Shown one piece after another: positions 48,400 to 56,925 of a stretch of 64,000 nt of DNA (its first letter is position 1; the number at the start of each line of letters is the position of its first letter). Below the pieces are notes generated by a model that was given only the letters and a program-made list of their open reading frames with translations, was not told where the DNA came from and ran no database searches. The position numbers were made by a program, and so were the translations under genes. The DNA lies in sequence record DRR723986_697, one strand, 5' to 3'.

Positions 48400-48618
48400 G
48401 TGAACCTACGAGAAATATTTGCCGAGAATTTGAAGAAAATTCGTCGCGCCCGAGGCTGGTCGCAAGAAGAGCTTGCTCACCGTGCGGACATAGACCGAAC
48501 ATATGTGAGTTTATTAGAACGGCAGATTTATAGCGCAACTTTAGATGTAGTATCCAAGCTGGCTGTGGCACTCGAAGTCGAGCCGTCAGAATTGCTCAAG
48601 CGGAATCGTAAAAATTAA
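48400..48618 (+). CDS. C-protein/QseC-like XRE regulator, copy 2
   Basis: 72 aa; SQEELAHRADIDRTYVSLLER motif; paralog of 48016-48225. Confidence 0.88.
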   Translation: MNLREIFAENLKKIRRARGWSQEELAHRADIDRTYVSLLERQIYSATLDVVSKLAVALEVEPSELLKRNRKN

Positions 48619-48742
48619 CCCCTAACCCTGAACTGCCGCGATGAGGCAACCCCATTGCGCGCAGGACACAGCATATCGTCCGAAACCGCTCCGCCAATGC
48701 AGCCTGGCATTCTGGATCAGCTAGCTCTCCTCGAGGACAGAA

Positions 48743-49333
48743 CTACTTTGAAGGGTGACTGCAGGCTGCAAATTTCGTAGCAAGCACTGCCACACGAACG
48801 CCGAGCAGCTTGGCCGTCCGCCGGTCAGCCAGGGGCGGCGCGACGTCTCCGCCTTCGTCTGCATTGGCCTGGGCCATTGCACCGAGTGAGCCTCCGATGC
48901 GGTTCAGGTCATCTATTGAAGCCTTGGAGGAATTGTTCCCTGGCAGGAGACCGAGGCTGACCCACAACATGCCATGCTGGGCCGCCAGTGTTGCCAGCTG
49001 ACTGAGCGTTGCGAACTTGTCTCCTGCTTGCGAGCTGGAAACGGTGAACCCGGCCGCGAGCTTATCCTGCCAGCCCCGCTCCGCCCAGATTTTCGAAGTC
49101 TGGTCCATGAAGGTTTTAAAAGGTCCGGAGACAGCGCCCATATAAGTAGGCGAACCAAATATGATCGCATCGGACCGGGCAAGCAGCTCCCAGTCCCCAT
49201 CTGACATGGACGTCACATCGACCAGATGTGCGCTGACACCGTCCACAGATGCGGCGCCTTCCAGGACTTCGTCCGCCAGAGCCCTTGTATGTCCGTAGCC
49301 GGAGTGAAATGCGATAGAAACCCTGACCGGCAT
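48743..49333 (-). CDS. Flavodoxin family / WrbA-like NAD(P)H-dependent oxidoreductase
   Basis: HSGYGHT, FGSPTYMG, W.DKLAAGFT and QHGMLWV motifs. Confidence 0.88.
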   Translation of the reverse strand: MPVRVSIAFHSGYGHTRALADEVLEGAASVDGVSAHLVDVTSMSDGDWELLARSDAIIFGSPTYMGAVSGPFKTFMDQTSKIWAERGWQDKLAAGFTVSSSQAGDKFATLSQLATLAAQHGMLWVSLGLLPGNNSSKASIDDLNRIGGSLGAMAQANADEGGDVAPPLADRRTAKLLGVRVAVLATKFAACSHPSK

Positions 49334-49432
49334 GTCTGCCTCCTCTGATTGTTGGAAGACAGATCTAGGGGGTTTGACCCCGGGGATAATGCGCCTCAGC
49401 GTAAGAAGGCTTTTTACCCGGACCGAACAATC

Positions 49433-50323
49433 TCAGGTGATGGCCGCAAACTCATGCCGGAGGAAATCGACCAGGAGGCGGATCTTCAATGAGGATTCCC
49501 GGTGCGCCGGATAGACGGCAAACAGTCCCTGCGGTTCGCCCCGCCAATCAGGGAGAACATTGACCAGACCGCCATCGGCAAGGTCTTCCCTGACATAGGC
49601 AACCGGTATTAGCGCGATGCCAAGCCCCTCCAGGGCCGCCTGCCGGATCGCCATGGAATTATTCGCCCGGTACTTAACATTCACTGTCACCGATTGGCGC
49701 CTGGACCCGGAAACCAGAGACCAGGTGTCCGGCGTTGCAGATACAGAAAAAGCAAGGCAGGCATGCCCGGCAAGATCGGCAGGATCCTCAGGCGTTCCGG
49801 CAGCCTCCAGATAGTCCGGCGACGCGCAAAGAACCCGCTCGATATCGGTGAGCTTACGTGCCTTCAGGCTGGAATCTGCAAGCTGTCCGCCGCGAATGGC
49901 AAGATCGAACCCGTCCTGGACAAGGTCGACAAGTCGGTCATTCATGACGAGATCAACCTCGATCCCCGGATACTGCCTTGCAAAGCGCGGCAACATCTTC
50001 GCAACCGTTACTAACCCAAAAGACATGGGCGCGCTGATCTTGAGCCGGCCTTGCGGACTTCCAGAATCCGATCGTACGCCATCATCCGCCGCCGCCACCG
50101 CATCAAGAATATCCGACACTTTCTCGAAATAAGCCTGCCCCGTATCGGTCAGATGAAGCGACCGGGTGGTCCGCACAATCAGCTGCGCCCCAAGACCCGC
50201 TTCGAGATCCTTGATGATCTTGCTGACCGCGGCCTTGGAGTAATTGAGGTCATCGGCCGCGGCGCTGAAACTCTCCAGCTCCACAACACGCCGGAACACA
50301 GTAAGGGCAGAAAACCGGTCCAT
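49433..50323 (-). CDS. LysR family regulator (CrgA-like)
   Basis: SFSAAA, RTTR.L.LT, DLV..GFDLAIR and ASPDYL motifs. Confidence 0.93.
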   Translation of the reverse strand: MDRFSALTVFRRVVELESFSAAADDLNYSKAAVSKIIKDLEAGLGAQLIVRTTRSLHLTDTGQAYFEKVSDILDAVAAADDGVRSDSGSPQGRLKISAPMSFGLVTVAKMLPRFARQYPGIEVDLVMNDRLVDLVQDGFDLAIRGGQLADSSLKARKLTDIERVLCASPDYLEAAGTPEDPADLAGHACLAFSVSATPDTWSLVSGSRRQSVTVNVKYRANNSMAIRQAALEGLGIALIPVAYVREDLADGGLVNVLPDWRGEPQGLFAVYPAHRESSLKIRLLVDFLRHEFAAIT

Positions 50324-50425
50324 TATCTACTCCAGATGAACAGTCTTTCGACAAGCCGGGCAATTATCATCTCAGCCAGAAAACTCCAAATTCCAGCCAT
50401 CACAAGCCGATCAGAGGAGTTTGAA

Positions 50426-51421
50426 ATGCAGGTCCTGAAGCTGAAACGCCTTGCTGCAGCACTGGCCATCGGGGCCGGTATCGCAACCCCATCGCTTGCC
50501 CAAAGCGATGTGGGAACAAGTCCCTGGGGCCCCGAAGATGAACTTGGCAGGCTCAACATGATGACGTCCCGGTCGCGTCAGGAAATCATGTCCATGGTTG
50601 CAGCCGACAAGGTCTACGATCTGTCCGTCGAATATTTCGTCGGCATGCCGAGCTGGCAAGCCGCCGGCGATCCTCACTACCAGATCTGGATGACCCATAC
50701 GCCGCGTGGCACAGTGATTGATGATCCGATGAATGTCGGCGACGAAATGAACGCCCATGTCGGCTACACCGGATCCGCGATCTCGATGTACACCCATTCG
50801 GGAACCCATATCGATGCCTTCAATCACTTCGGCCTCAATGGAAAGATCTACAATGGCTTTTCCGCCGATGAGCATCTGGGAGACCGCGGCTGGAAGAAAA
50901 CCGGCGCGGAAACCATTCCGCCGATCGTGGCGAGAGGCGTCCTGGTCGATGTCGCCGCCGCCAAAGGCGTTTCCATGCTTTCTGACGCCTACCGGATCAC
51001 ACGCGACGATATCGAAACGGCACTCCGTATTCAGAATACGGACATCCGGGAGGGCGACGTTGTTCTGATCCGGACGGGCCGCATGCAGGTGTATGAAGAT
51101 GCCGGGCAATACATGGCCAATCCGCCGGGGCTCGGGCTCGACGCCGCAAAGTACCTCGTCGAAGAGGCAGGCGCGATGATCCTCGGTGCCGACAATCTGA
51201 GTTTTGAAGCCTTTCCGTCCGAGAGCGAGGACAATTACATCCCGCTGCACACCTATCTGCTCGCCCAGATGGGCGTGCCGATCATGGAGCTTGTCTATCT
51301 GGAAGATCTCGCAAAGGACAAGGTCTACGAATTTGCCTTTGTCGGCGGCTCCCTGAAGCTCCGCGGCGCAGACGCTTCTCCCATGCGGCCAATCGCATTC
51401 CCCCTGCAAAAAGGCCGCTGA
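50426..51421 (+). CDS. Cyclase family (kynurenine formamidase-like) metal hydrolase with signal peptide
   Basis: GAGGAG RBS; signal peptide; WGPEDELG.LN, HSGTHIDAFNH and GDVVLIRTG motifs. Confidence 0.88.
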   Translation: MQVLKLKRLAAALAIGAGIATPSLAQSDVGTSPWGPEDELGRLNMMTSRSRQEIMSMVAADKVYDLSVEYFVGMPSWQAAGDPHYQIWMTHTPRGTVIDDPMNVGDEMNAHVGYTGSAISMYTHSGTHIDAFNHFGLNGKIYNGFSADEHLGDRGWKKTGAETIPPIVARGVLVDVAAAKGVSMLSDAYRITRDDIETALRIQNTDIREGDVVLIRTGRMQVYEDAGQYMANPPGLGLDAAKYLVEEAGAMILGADNLSFEAFPSESEDNYIPLHTYLLAQMGVPIMELVYLEDLAKDKVYEFAFVGGSLKLRGADASPMRPIAFPLQKGR

Positions 51422-51428
51422 CCGGAGC

Positions 51429-51468
51429 CGGGCGGCGCGTCGCCACCTCCCTGCGCGCCGCCCGTTTT
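51429..51468 (+). terminator. Intrinsic terminator-like hairpin
   Basis: CGGGCGGCGCG...CGCGCCGCCCG 11-bp stem followed by TTTT. Confidence 0.6.
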
Positions 51469-51495
51469 CCCCGATCCGTCCGGAAGGAAAGACAC

Positions 51496-52389
51496 ATGAC
51501 GTCCAAGCGAGACATTTTGATCACAAGCCTCGCCCCCATCATCTGGGGCAGTACCTATATTGTCACCACAGAATTCCTGCCGCCGGGTATTCCAATCACC
51601 ATCGCCATGTTGCGCGCTCTGCCGGCAGGCCTCCTGCTCCTGCTCCTGGTGCGCCGATTGCCCGACCAGGCCTGGATCGGTCGCATCTTCATTCTCGGGG
51701 CACTCAATTTTGCCATCTTCTGGAGCCTCCTCTTTGTCTCGGCTTATCGTCTGCCGGGCGGTGTTGCCGCGACCATCGGAGCCACCCAGGCGCTCATTGT
51801 TATCGTCCTGTCCCGGATTGCGCTTGCCACCCCCATCCGGCAGATGGCCCTCCTGGCCGCGATGCTCGGCATAGGCGGCGTCGCGCTCCTGCTGATGACG
51901 CCAAAAGCATCGCTCGATCCGGTCGGCATCGCGGCCGGGCTTGGCGCAGCCGCCTCCATGGCAGCCGGTACCGTGTTCAGCCGGCGCTGGCGTCCACCTG
52001 TCCCCTTACTGACGTTTACAGCCTGGCAGCTGACCGCAGGCGGAGTGCTTCTGCTTCCGCTCGCCCTCAGCCTGGAACCTGGCCTGCCGGAACTCTCCCC
52101 TAAAAACCTGATCGGGCTTGCTTATCTCAGCATCATCGGCGCTGCCCTTACCTATTTCGCTTGGTTCAGGGGCGTCGACCGGATGGCGCCGTCGGCGATT
52201 TCCACGCTCGGCTTTCTGAGCCCCGTCTCCGCAGTGGTCCTTGGCTGGTTGTGCCTCGGTCAGTCCCTCAGCCCCGGTCAGGCGGCAGGTGCCATCATCA
52301 TTCTTGCCTCGATTACCATCAGCCAGAAAGCGTCCGTATCACCCGGCCCGATCAGCCAGCCAAGGTCAGCGGCATCACACGGCTTATGA
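51496..52389 (+). CDS. EamA/DMT family transporter (PecM-like)
   Basis: LAPIIWGSTY.VTTE.LP, RALPAG and AYRLPGGVAA motifs. Confidence 0.88.
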   Translation: MTSKRDILITSLAPIIWGSTYIVTTEFLPPGIPITIAMLRALPAGLLLLLLVRRLPDQAWIGRIFILGALNFAIFWSLLFVSAYRLPGGVAATIGATQALIVIVLSRIALATPIRQMALLAAMLGIGGVALLLMTPKASLDPVGIAAGLGAAASMAAGTVFSRRWRPPVPLLTFTAWQLTAGGVLLLPLALSLEPGLPELSPKNLIGLAYLSIIGAALTYFAWFRGVDRMAPSAISTLGFLSPVSAVVLGWLCLGQSLSPGQAAGAIIILASITISQKASVSPGPISQPRSAASHGL

Positions 52390-52498
52390 ACCGGAACCCT
52401 GACGCTCATGCCGGAGGATCATATCCGTCCTGTACCGATTTCTTAAGCTGTCTGCAGGTTGTCCGCAGGTAGTACTGAATTTAGCGCAGGTGCTCCAT

Positions 52499-54292
52499 TC
52501 ACTGCGCAAGCCACATCGCAGCATAGGTTCCGCCGGCTGCCAGCAGGGTTTCATGGGTACCTTCTTCAATGATCTTTCCATGATCAAGGACGAGGATCCT
52601 GTCTGCCTGGACAATCGTTGAAAGTCTGTGTGCAATGATCAGCAGGGTTGCATCGCCTGCCGACTGAAACAGGTTCCGGCTGACCTCCGCCTCCATCCTG
52701 CGATCAAGGGAAGACGTCGCCTCGTCGGCAATGAGAAGACCAGGACGCCGCAATATGGCACGCGCGATCGCAATGCGTTGCCGTTCTCCGCCGGAGAGGC
52801 GCAAACCACGTTCACCTATGCGGGTTTCCAGACCCTCCGGAAAGGCATTCGGACTGGCATCCAGCCCTGCCAGCCTCATCGCCAATTCGATGTCCTGCCT
52901 GCAAGCTTCGGCGACTGGAAAACTGATATTGCCGGCAAGACTTGTATTGAAGAGCCCGGCTTCCTGCGGAACCAGCGCGATCCGCTCCCGGAGCACATCT
53001 CGCGGCCAGTCTTCAATTGGCACCCCATCCAGAATGATACGGCCTGATTGAGGCGCATACAGCCCCAGCAGAAGGCGGGCGATCGAGGATTTGCCGCTTC
53101 CGGACGGGCCAACAAGCGCCGTAACTTTTCCGGGCTCAAGCGTAAAGCTGAGATCCGTCAGAACCGGATGCCCCCCTTTGTAGGCAAAGTCGACATGTTC
53201 AAAACTCACCTGCACCGCACCTGTCAAAGGAGCGGGCATATCGACTAATGCATTGAACTCTGTCCGATTGCCCTCAGGCTCGCCAGGCTGGTCCAGAATA
53301 CCGGCGATCCTGGAGGTAAACGCTGCCCCCTGTCCGATATCGCGCGCGCCATATCCCAGAAGTTCAACTGGCCGCACCGCCTGCAGCATATAGGTATGGA
53401 CAAGGACAAATCCGCCAAGGCTCATGCTGCCAGCCAGAACCTGGCCGAGACCGATCCAGAGCGTGACGGCAAGCCCCGACACAAAAACCAGAGCGACCAG
53501 GACTCCATTGAGACATCGGGTGCTGTAGAATTTTGCCCAGCCCCGCTCAACCCTGGTAAGCGCGTCATCATAACGGTCCGTAACGGCACGCTCGCCCGAG
53601 GTGCATTTGACCGTTTCGACATTAAGAAGCGCATCAGTCAGTCTGCTGTTCGCGCAAACCTGATGGACTGATACGTCCCGGCTCGCTGCCAGGACTTTGC
53701 GTGCTCCGTCGCCGAAGACAGCCAGATATCCCGTGACACATGCGCAGAAGATCAGAAGAAATTCCGGATCGAACAGCGTGGCGATCACGATCATCATCAG
53801 GGCAAGTTCGATCAGACCGGGTATGAGGGTGAACAAGACATGCTGCAGGAGGAGCCTTAACCCCTGACGCCCGTTCTCCAGAACCTGCACAGTCACCCCG
53901 GTCGATTGATCTGTATGGAAGGCGAGTGGCACCTTCATCATGTGGTGGAGATAGGTCCGGCTCACCCTTCGAAGTATCGACTGCTCGGCCATGCCATAGA
54001 GCCAGGAACGGACGTCTCCAGCTACCCGCGCCAGAAGAATTGACCCGGCATAGAGCGCAGCCAGAAAACCGGGCACAAATTCAGGCGCCATGCCACCGTC
54101 CGGATCGGAAGCATCCGACAGACCATCGATCAGCGCCTTCAGGGCCAACGGACCGAGCGCTGCTGCGCCGGCCGCCAGCCATACACTGATCAAAGCAAAG
54201 CCTACCCGGCGCCGCGCCACAGGCCCCTGTTCAAGAAGCACACCTGACAGGAAGCGTGCCGTTTTACCGAACGAGGCAGACGGGACAGCCAT
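52499..54292 (-). CDS. ABC exporter, fused permease-ATPase (ATM1/HMT1-like)
   Basis: TM domain with LLNVETVK; GPSGSGKS, LSGGERQRIAIAR and DEATSSLD motifs. Confidence 0.88.
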   Translation of the reverse strand: MAVPSASFGKTARFLSGVLLEQGPVARRRVGFALISVWLAAGAAALGPLALKALIDGLSDASDPDGGMAPEFVPGFLAALYAGSILLARVAGDVRSWLYGMAEQSILRRVSRTYLHHMMKVPLAFHTDQSTGVTVQVLENGRQGLRLLLQHVLFTLIPGLIELALMMIVIATLFDPEFLLIFCACVTGYLAVFGDGARKVLAASRDVSVHQVCANSRLTDALLNVETVKCTSGERAVTDRYDDALTRVERGWAKFYSTRCLNGVLVALVFVSGLAVTLWIGLGQVLAGSMSLGGFVLVHTYMLQAVRPVELLGYGARDIGQGAAFTSRIAGILDQPGEPEGNRTEFNALVDMPAPLTGAVQVSFEHVDFAYKGGHPVLTDLSFTLEPGKVTALVGPSGSGKSSIARLLLGLYAPQSGRIILDGVPIEDWPRDVLRERIALVPQEAGLFNTSLAGNISFPVAEACRQDIELAMRLAGLDASPNAFPEGLETRIGERGLRLSGGERQRIAIARAILRRPGLLIADEATSSLDRRMEAEVSRNLFQSAGDATLLIIAHRLSTIVQADRILVLDHGKIIEEGTHETLLAAGGTYAAMWLAQ

Positions 54293-54341
54293 ACACGCAA
54301 ACTAACATAAAGTTGCGCTATATTTCTACCTTAAAGATATC

Positions 54342-54731
54342 TCAATCGCCCGACATTGCTTTGAGAACCTTGGCCATGGATTTCAGCTTGGGCAGAGACC
54401 GGGTCCGCTCGACAAGTGCCCGGCACTCCATCCGAGCGCGTTCCATCTTCGTAGGCTTTGTCTGCTGCTTTGATCTGGCTCCGGCAAACAGGTCCTGAAT
54501 CGGCACATTCAGAACCTCTGCCAATGCGACCAGTGTTGACGCGCTCACGCGGCTTGCACCGGATTCGTACTTCTGGACCTGCTGCTGGCTGACGCCAATC
54601 TCTCCGGCAAGGTCAGCCAGAGTCATGCCACATTCATTCCGGTAGAGGCGAATGTTGCGCCCTACCTGGCGATCCACATTGGTCGGAGACCTGTTCGACC
54701 TACTCGCGTCATGTTGCCGACCCTTGCTCAT
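54342..54731 (-). CDS. XRE family HTH regulator
   Basis: VDRQVGRNIR and QQVQKYESGASRVSAS motifs. Confidence 0.85.
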   Translation of the reverse strand: MSKGRQHDASRSNRSPTNVDRQVGRNIRLYRNECGMTLADLAGEIGVSQQQVQKYESGASRVSASTLVALAEVLNVPIQDLFAGARSKQQTKPTKMERARMECRALVERTRSLPKLKSMAKVLKAMSGD

Positions 54732-55038
54732 CCTGTGACGCTGGCTCTCCCTTCAGGCCGGTAACCAGATTTCTGGACCGACTTTTTACCGCCAGACCGC
54801 TTTGATAAATCGCGCCGACGTCTTTTTATGCATAGTCGCGTAAAATCCGGCCTGTTAGTCAACGATCTTTGCGTCGATTCAGGCAATATTTTTTCCGACC
54901 CGGATCTAAAAATAGTCCGATTGGGTATCCGCTGATACCTGACGCCACGTTCACAAGCCTGGAACTCCCTTCCGGAAATTCTCTTATTAGTTGTTTTATA
55001 TTCTATCTATGCTTGTTTTCATGTAAGCAAATCTGAAC

Positions 55039-55872
55039 ATGTCAGATACGTCCGAAAAGCCGCAAGCCTCAATCCGTCACTACGCATATACTCAGGCATT
55101 GTCTCCCTGCCGCTGGGCATGGGAGTTTCTGAGACGCAACAGTCAGTTCCTTGCCGACGCGGCCCTTCATGCCAACCATAAAATGTCGATCCGGCGGATC
55201 AGACGCGACATAAAACTGATTGCACCACTAACAATCCAGAAGAATGCAAAGAAATGGGGCCTCGCCTTCTTTCCTGACCCAGCCAGCAATGGCTACGAGG
55301 CAGAGGTCTTCTGGTCCTCGCCACATCCCCGAAACCTGGTCCACGTCCAGATCAGTCCGTCTTCAACAGGTCGCCATTGCGACATCTACAAACAGGTCAT
55401 CCGGTCATGCCAGATCACCCACCTGATCGATACAGAAGGAGACGAACACTTACTGATCAAACGCGGCGGCCAGGTTATCCAGGCGCGTTGCTCCGGCATG
55501 TCTTTATTATCTCGCGTTCCTGTCGAGGCAGGTTTTCTGATTTCGGAGACAGGCGAGTTGAAAGAGTCTTTCAGAGCGCTCCACAATGCCTTGCAGATCT
55601 TCAGGCCGCATCCGAACCTCACCTGCTGGACCCGGACAAACCTGTCTCTTCGCAATGCGCTTATCGCCTATGATTGCCTTACCGCTGGACGATCAATCCG
55701 TGAGACAGCCATCATCATTTACGGCCGGGAGCGGACTTCCGCAGAGTGGAAGAGCCCAGGACGGGCTCTGAAAGACCAGATCCGGCGATCCCGGACCAAG
55801 GGAAGAGAGCTCGTCAATGGCGGATATACCCGCTTGCTCGAAATGCCTCGTCCAGCCGGAACTCAGCGGTAA
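55039..55872 (+). CDS. FseA-like ICE transcriptional activator (Msi172-like domain plus DUF2285) as a single ORF
   Basis: AWEFLRRN motif; WGLAFF linker; C-terminal AL.A.D...G.S.RE.A...G...W...R....LVNGGY..LL pattern; directly upstream of rdfS-traF. Confidence 0.75.
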   Translation: MSDTSEKPQASIRHYAYTQALSPCRWAWEFLRRNSQFLADAALHANHKMSIRRIRRDIKLIAPLTIQKNAKKWGLAFFPDPASNGYEAEVFWSSPHPRNLVHVQISPSSTGRHCDIYKQVIRSCQITHLIDTEGDEHLLIKRGGQVIQARCSGMSLLSRVPVEAGFLISETGELKESFRALHNALQIFRPHPNLTCWTRTNLSLRNALIAYDCLTAGRSIRETAIIIYGRERTSAEWKSPGRALKDQIRRSRTKGRELVNGGYTRLLEMPRPAGTQR

Positions 55873-56108
55873 AAAGCTCGGGTCGCCTCAACAACCCCAC
55901 CTTCTCCATGCTTCTCAGCTGCATGAATGCGGGCGGGCGGGGCTGCCACGATCACTCCGGACCGGACAAAAGCGCTAATTCTTCTGCACACTGCACTTCC
56001 AATCGAGTGTCGTTCAGAGCAAACGTGCTTCGACCCTTCCGCTCCCGAAAACGACAAATAGTCTTTCACAACCATAGGGTTGTGAACGATTGCGGGGAAA
56101 CACAAAGA

Positions 56109-56363
56109 ATGAAGGTCGCGCACACAGAAAAGGCGTTCTGCAGACCGTCATCGCGCCAACCCGAACCTGCCGAATGGCTCAACACAATCGAAACGGCTCA
56201 CCAGCTGGGGCTTCAACCGAAAACGCTAGCCAATATGCGATCGCTCGGGACCGGACCACCTTTTCACAAAATCGGAGGTAAGGTCTGGTATCGAGGAGAA
56301 GATATTATCTCGTATCGCAACCGCAGAAAATTCATCGCATCAGGCGAACGTGATGAAAGCTAG
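56109..56363 (+). CDS. Excisionase/recombination directionality factor (RdfS-like HTH)
   Basis: WLNT.ETA..LGL.PKTL...R..GTGPPF.KIGG.V.Y motif; upstream of traF. Confidence 0.82.
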   Translation: MKVAHTEKAFCRPSSRQPEPAEWLNTIETAHQLGLQPKTLANMRSLGTGPPFHKIGGKVWYRGEDIISYRNRRKFIASGERDES

Positions 56364-56925
56364 GATGTCCCTCACCTGGCTGGTTGCTGGTCTCGTCTTT
56401 CTGGGGTCATCCAGCCCGGCCCATCCTGTCCGGATCATCTGGAATCGAACAGACAGTGTTCCGAGAGGGCTCTACACCGTTCGGACACTCCCCCCGGATG
56501 TCATGCCAGAAATCGGCGATATGGTCGCTTTCTCGCCGGCTCCGCAGGACAGGGTCTGGCTGGAAAGCCGGGGATATATCGGGAGGAACTGGCCGCTTCT
56601 CAAATATGTCGCCGCCTTACCTGGCGATACGGTTTGCCGGCATGGCGCGACACTCCGGATCAACCACCACCCCGTCGCCCGTGCGCTTGCACAGGACGAT
56701 GAGGGCCGCCCCCTTCCCGTCTGGCAAGGCTGCCACAAACTGGCAGAGGGTGATGTGTTCCTTCTGGCGCCGCACACAAGATCACTCGATGGGCGTTACA
56801 TGGGCATACAGCCCTCCGGCAGAATACTCGGCAAGGCAAGTTGCGTCCTGGCATGGGGCAAATCAGGGTCTTCATCATCCTGTGCCCATCCGTCGACAAC
56901 AGACCGCTTCGCTCACCTAATCTGA
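56350..56925 (+). CDS. traF: Conjugative transfer S26 peptidase TraF
   Basis: WN.T.SVP.GLY, LLK.VAALPGD.VC, G.PLP.WQGC and SLDGRY.G motifs. Confidence 0.9.
   Translation: MMKARMSLTWLVAGLVFLGSSSPAHPVRIIWNRTDSVPRGLYTVRTLPPDVMPEIGDMVAFSPAPQDRVWLESRGYIGRNWPLLKYVAALPGDTVCRHGATLRINHHPVARALAQDDEGRPLPVWQGCHKLAEGDVFLLAPHTRSLDGRYMGIQPSGRILGKASCVLAWGKSGSSSSCAHPSTTDRFAHLI

Noticed and set aside
55746-56108. N-terminal extension making the RdfS ORF 205 aa
   Set aside because: It overlaps fseA and the promoter region; the HTH similarity and RBS-like sequence support the ATG at 56109
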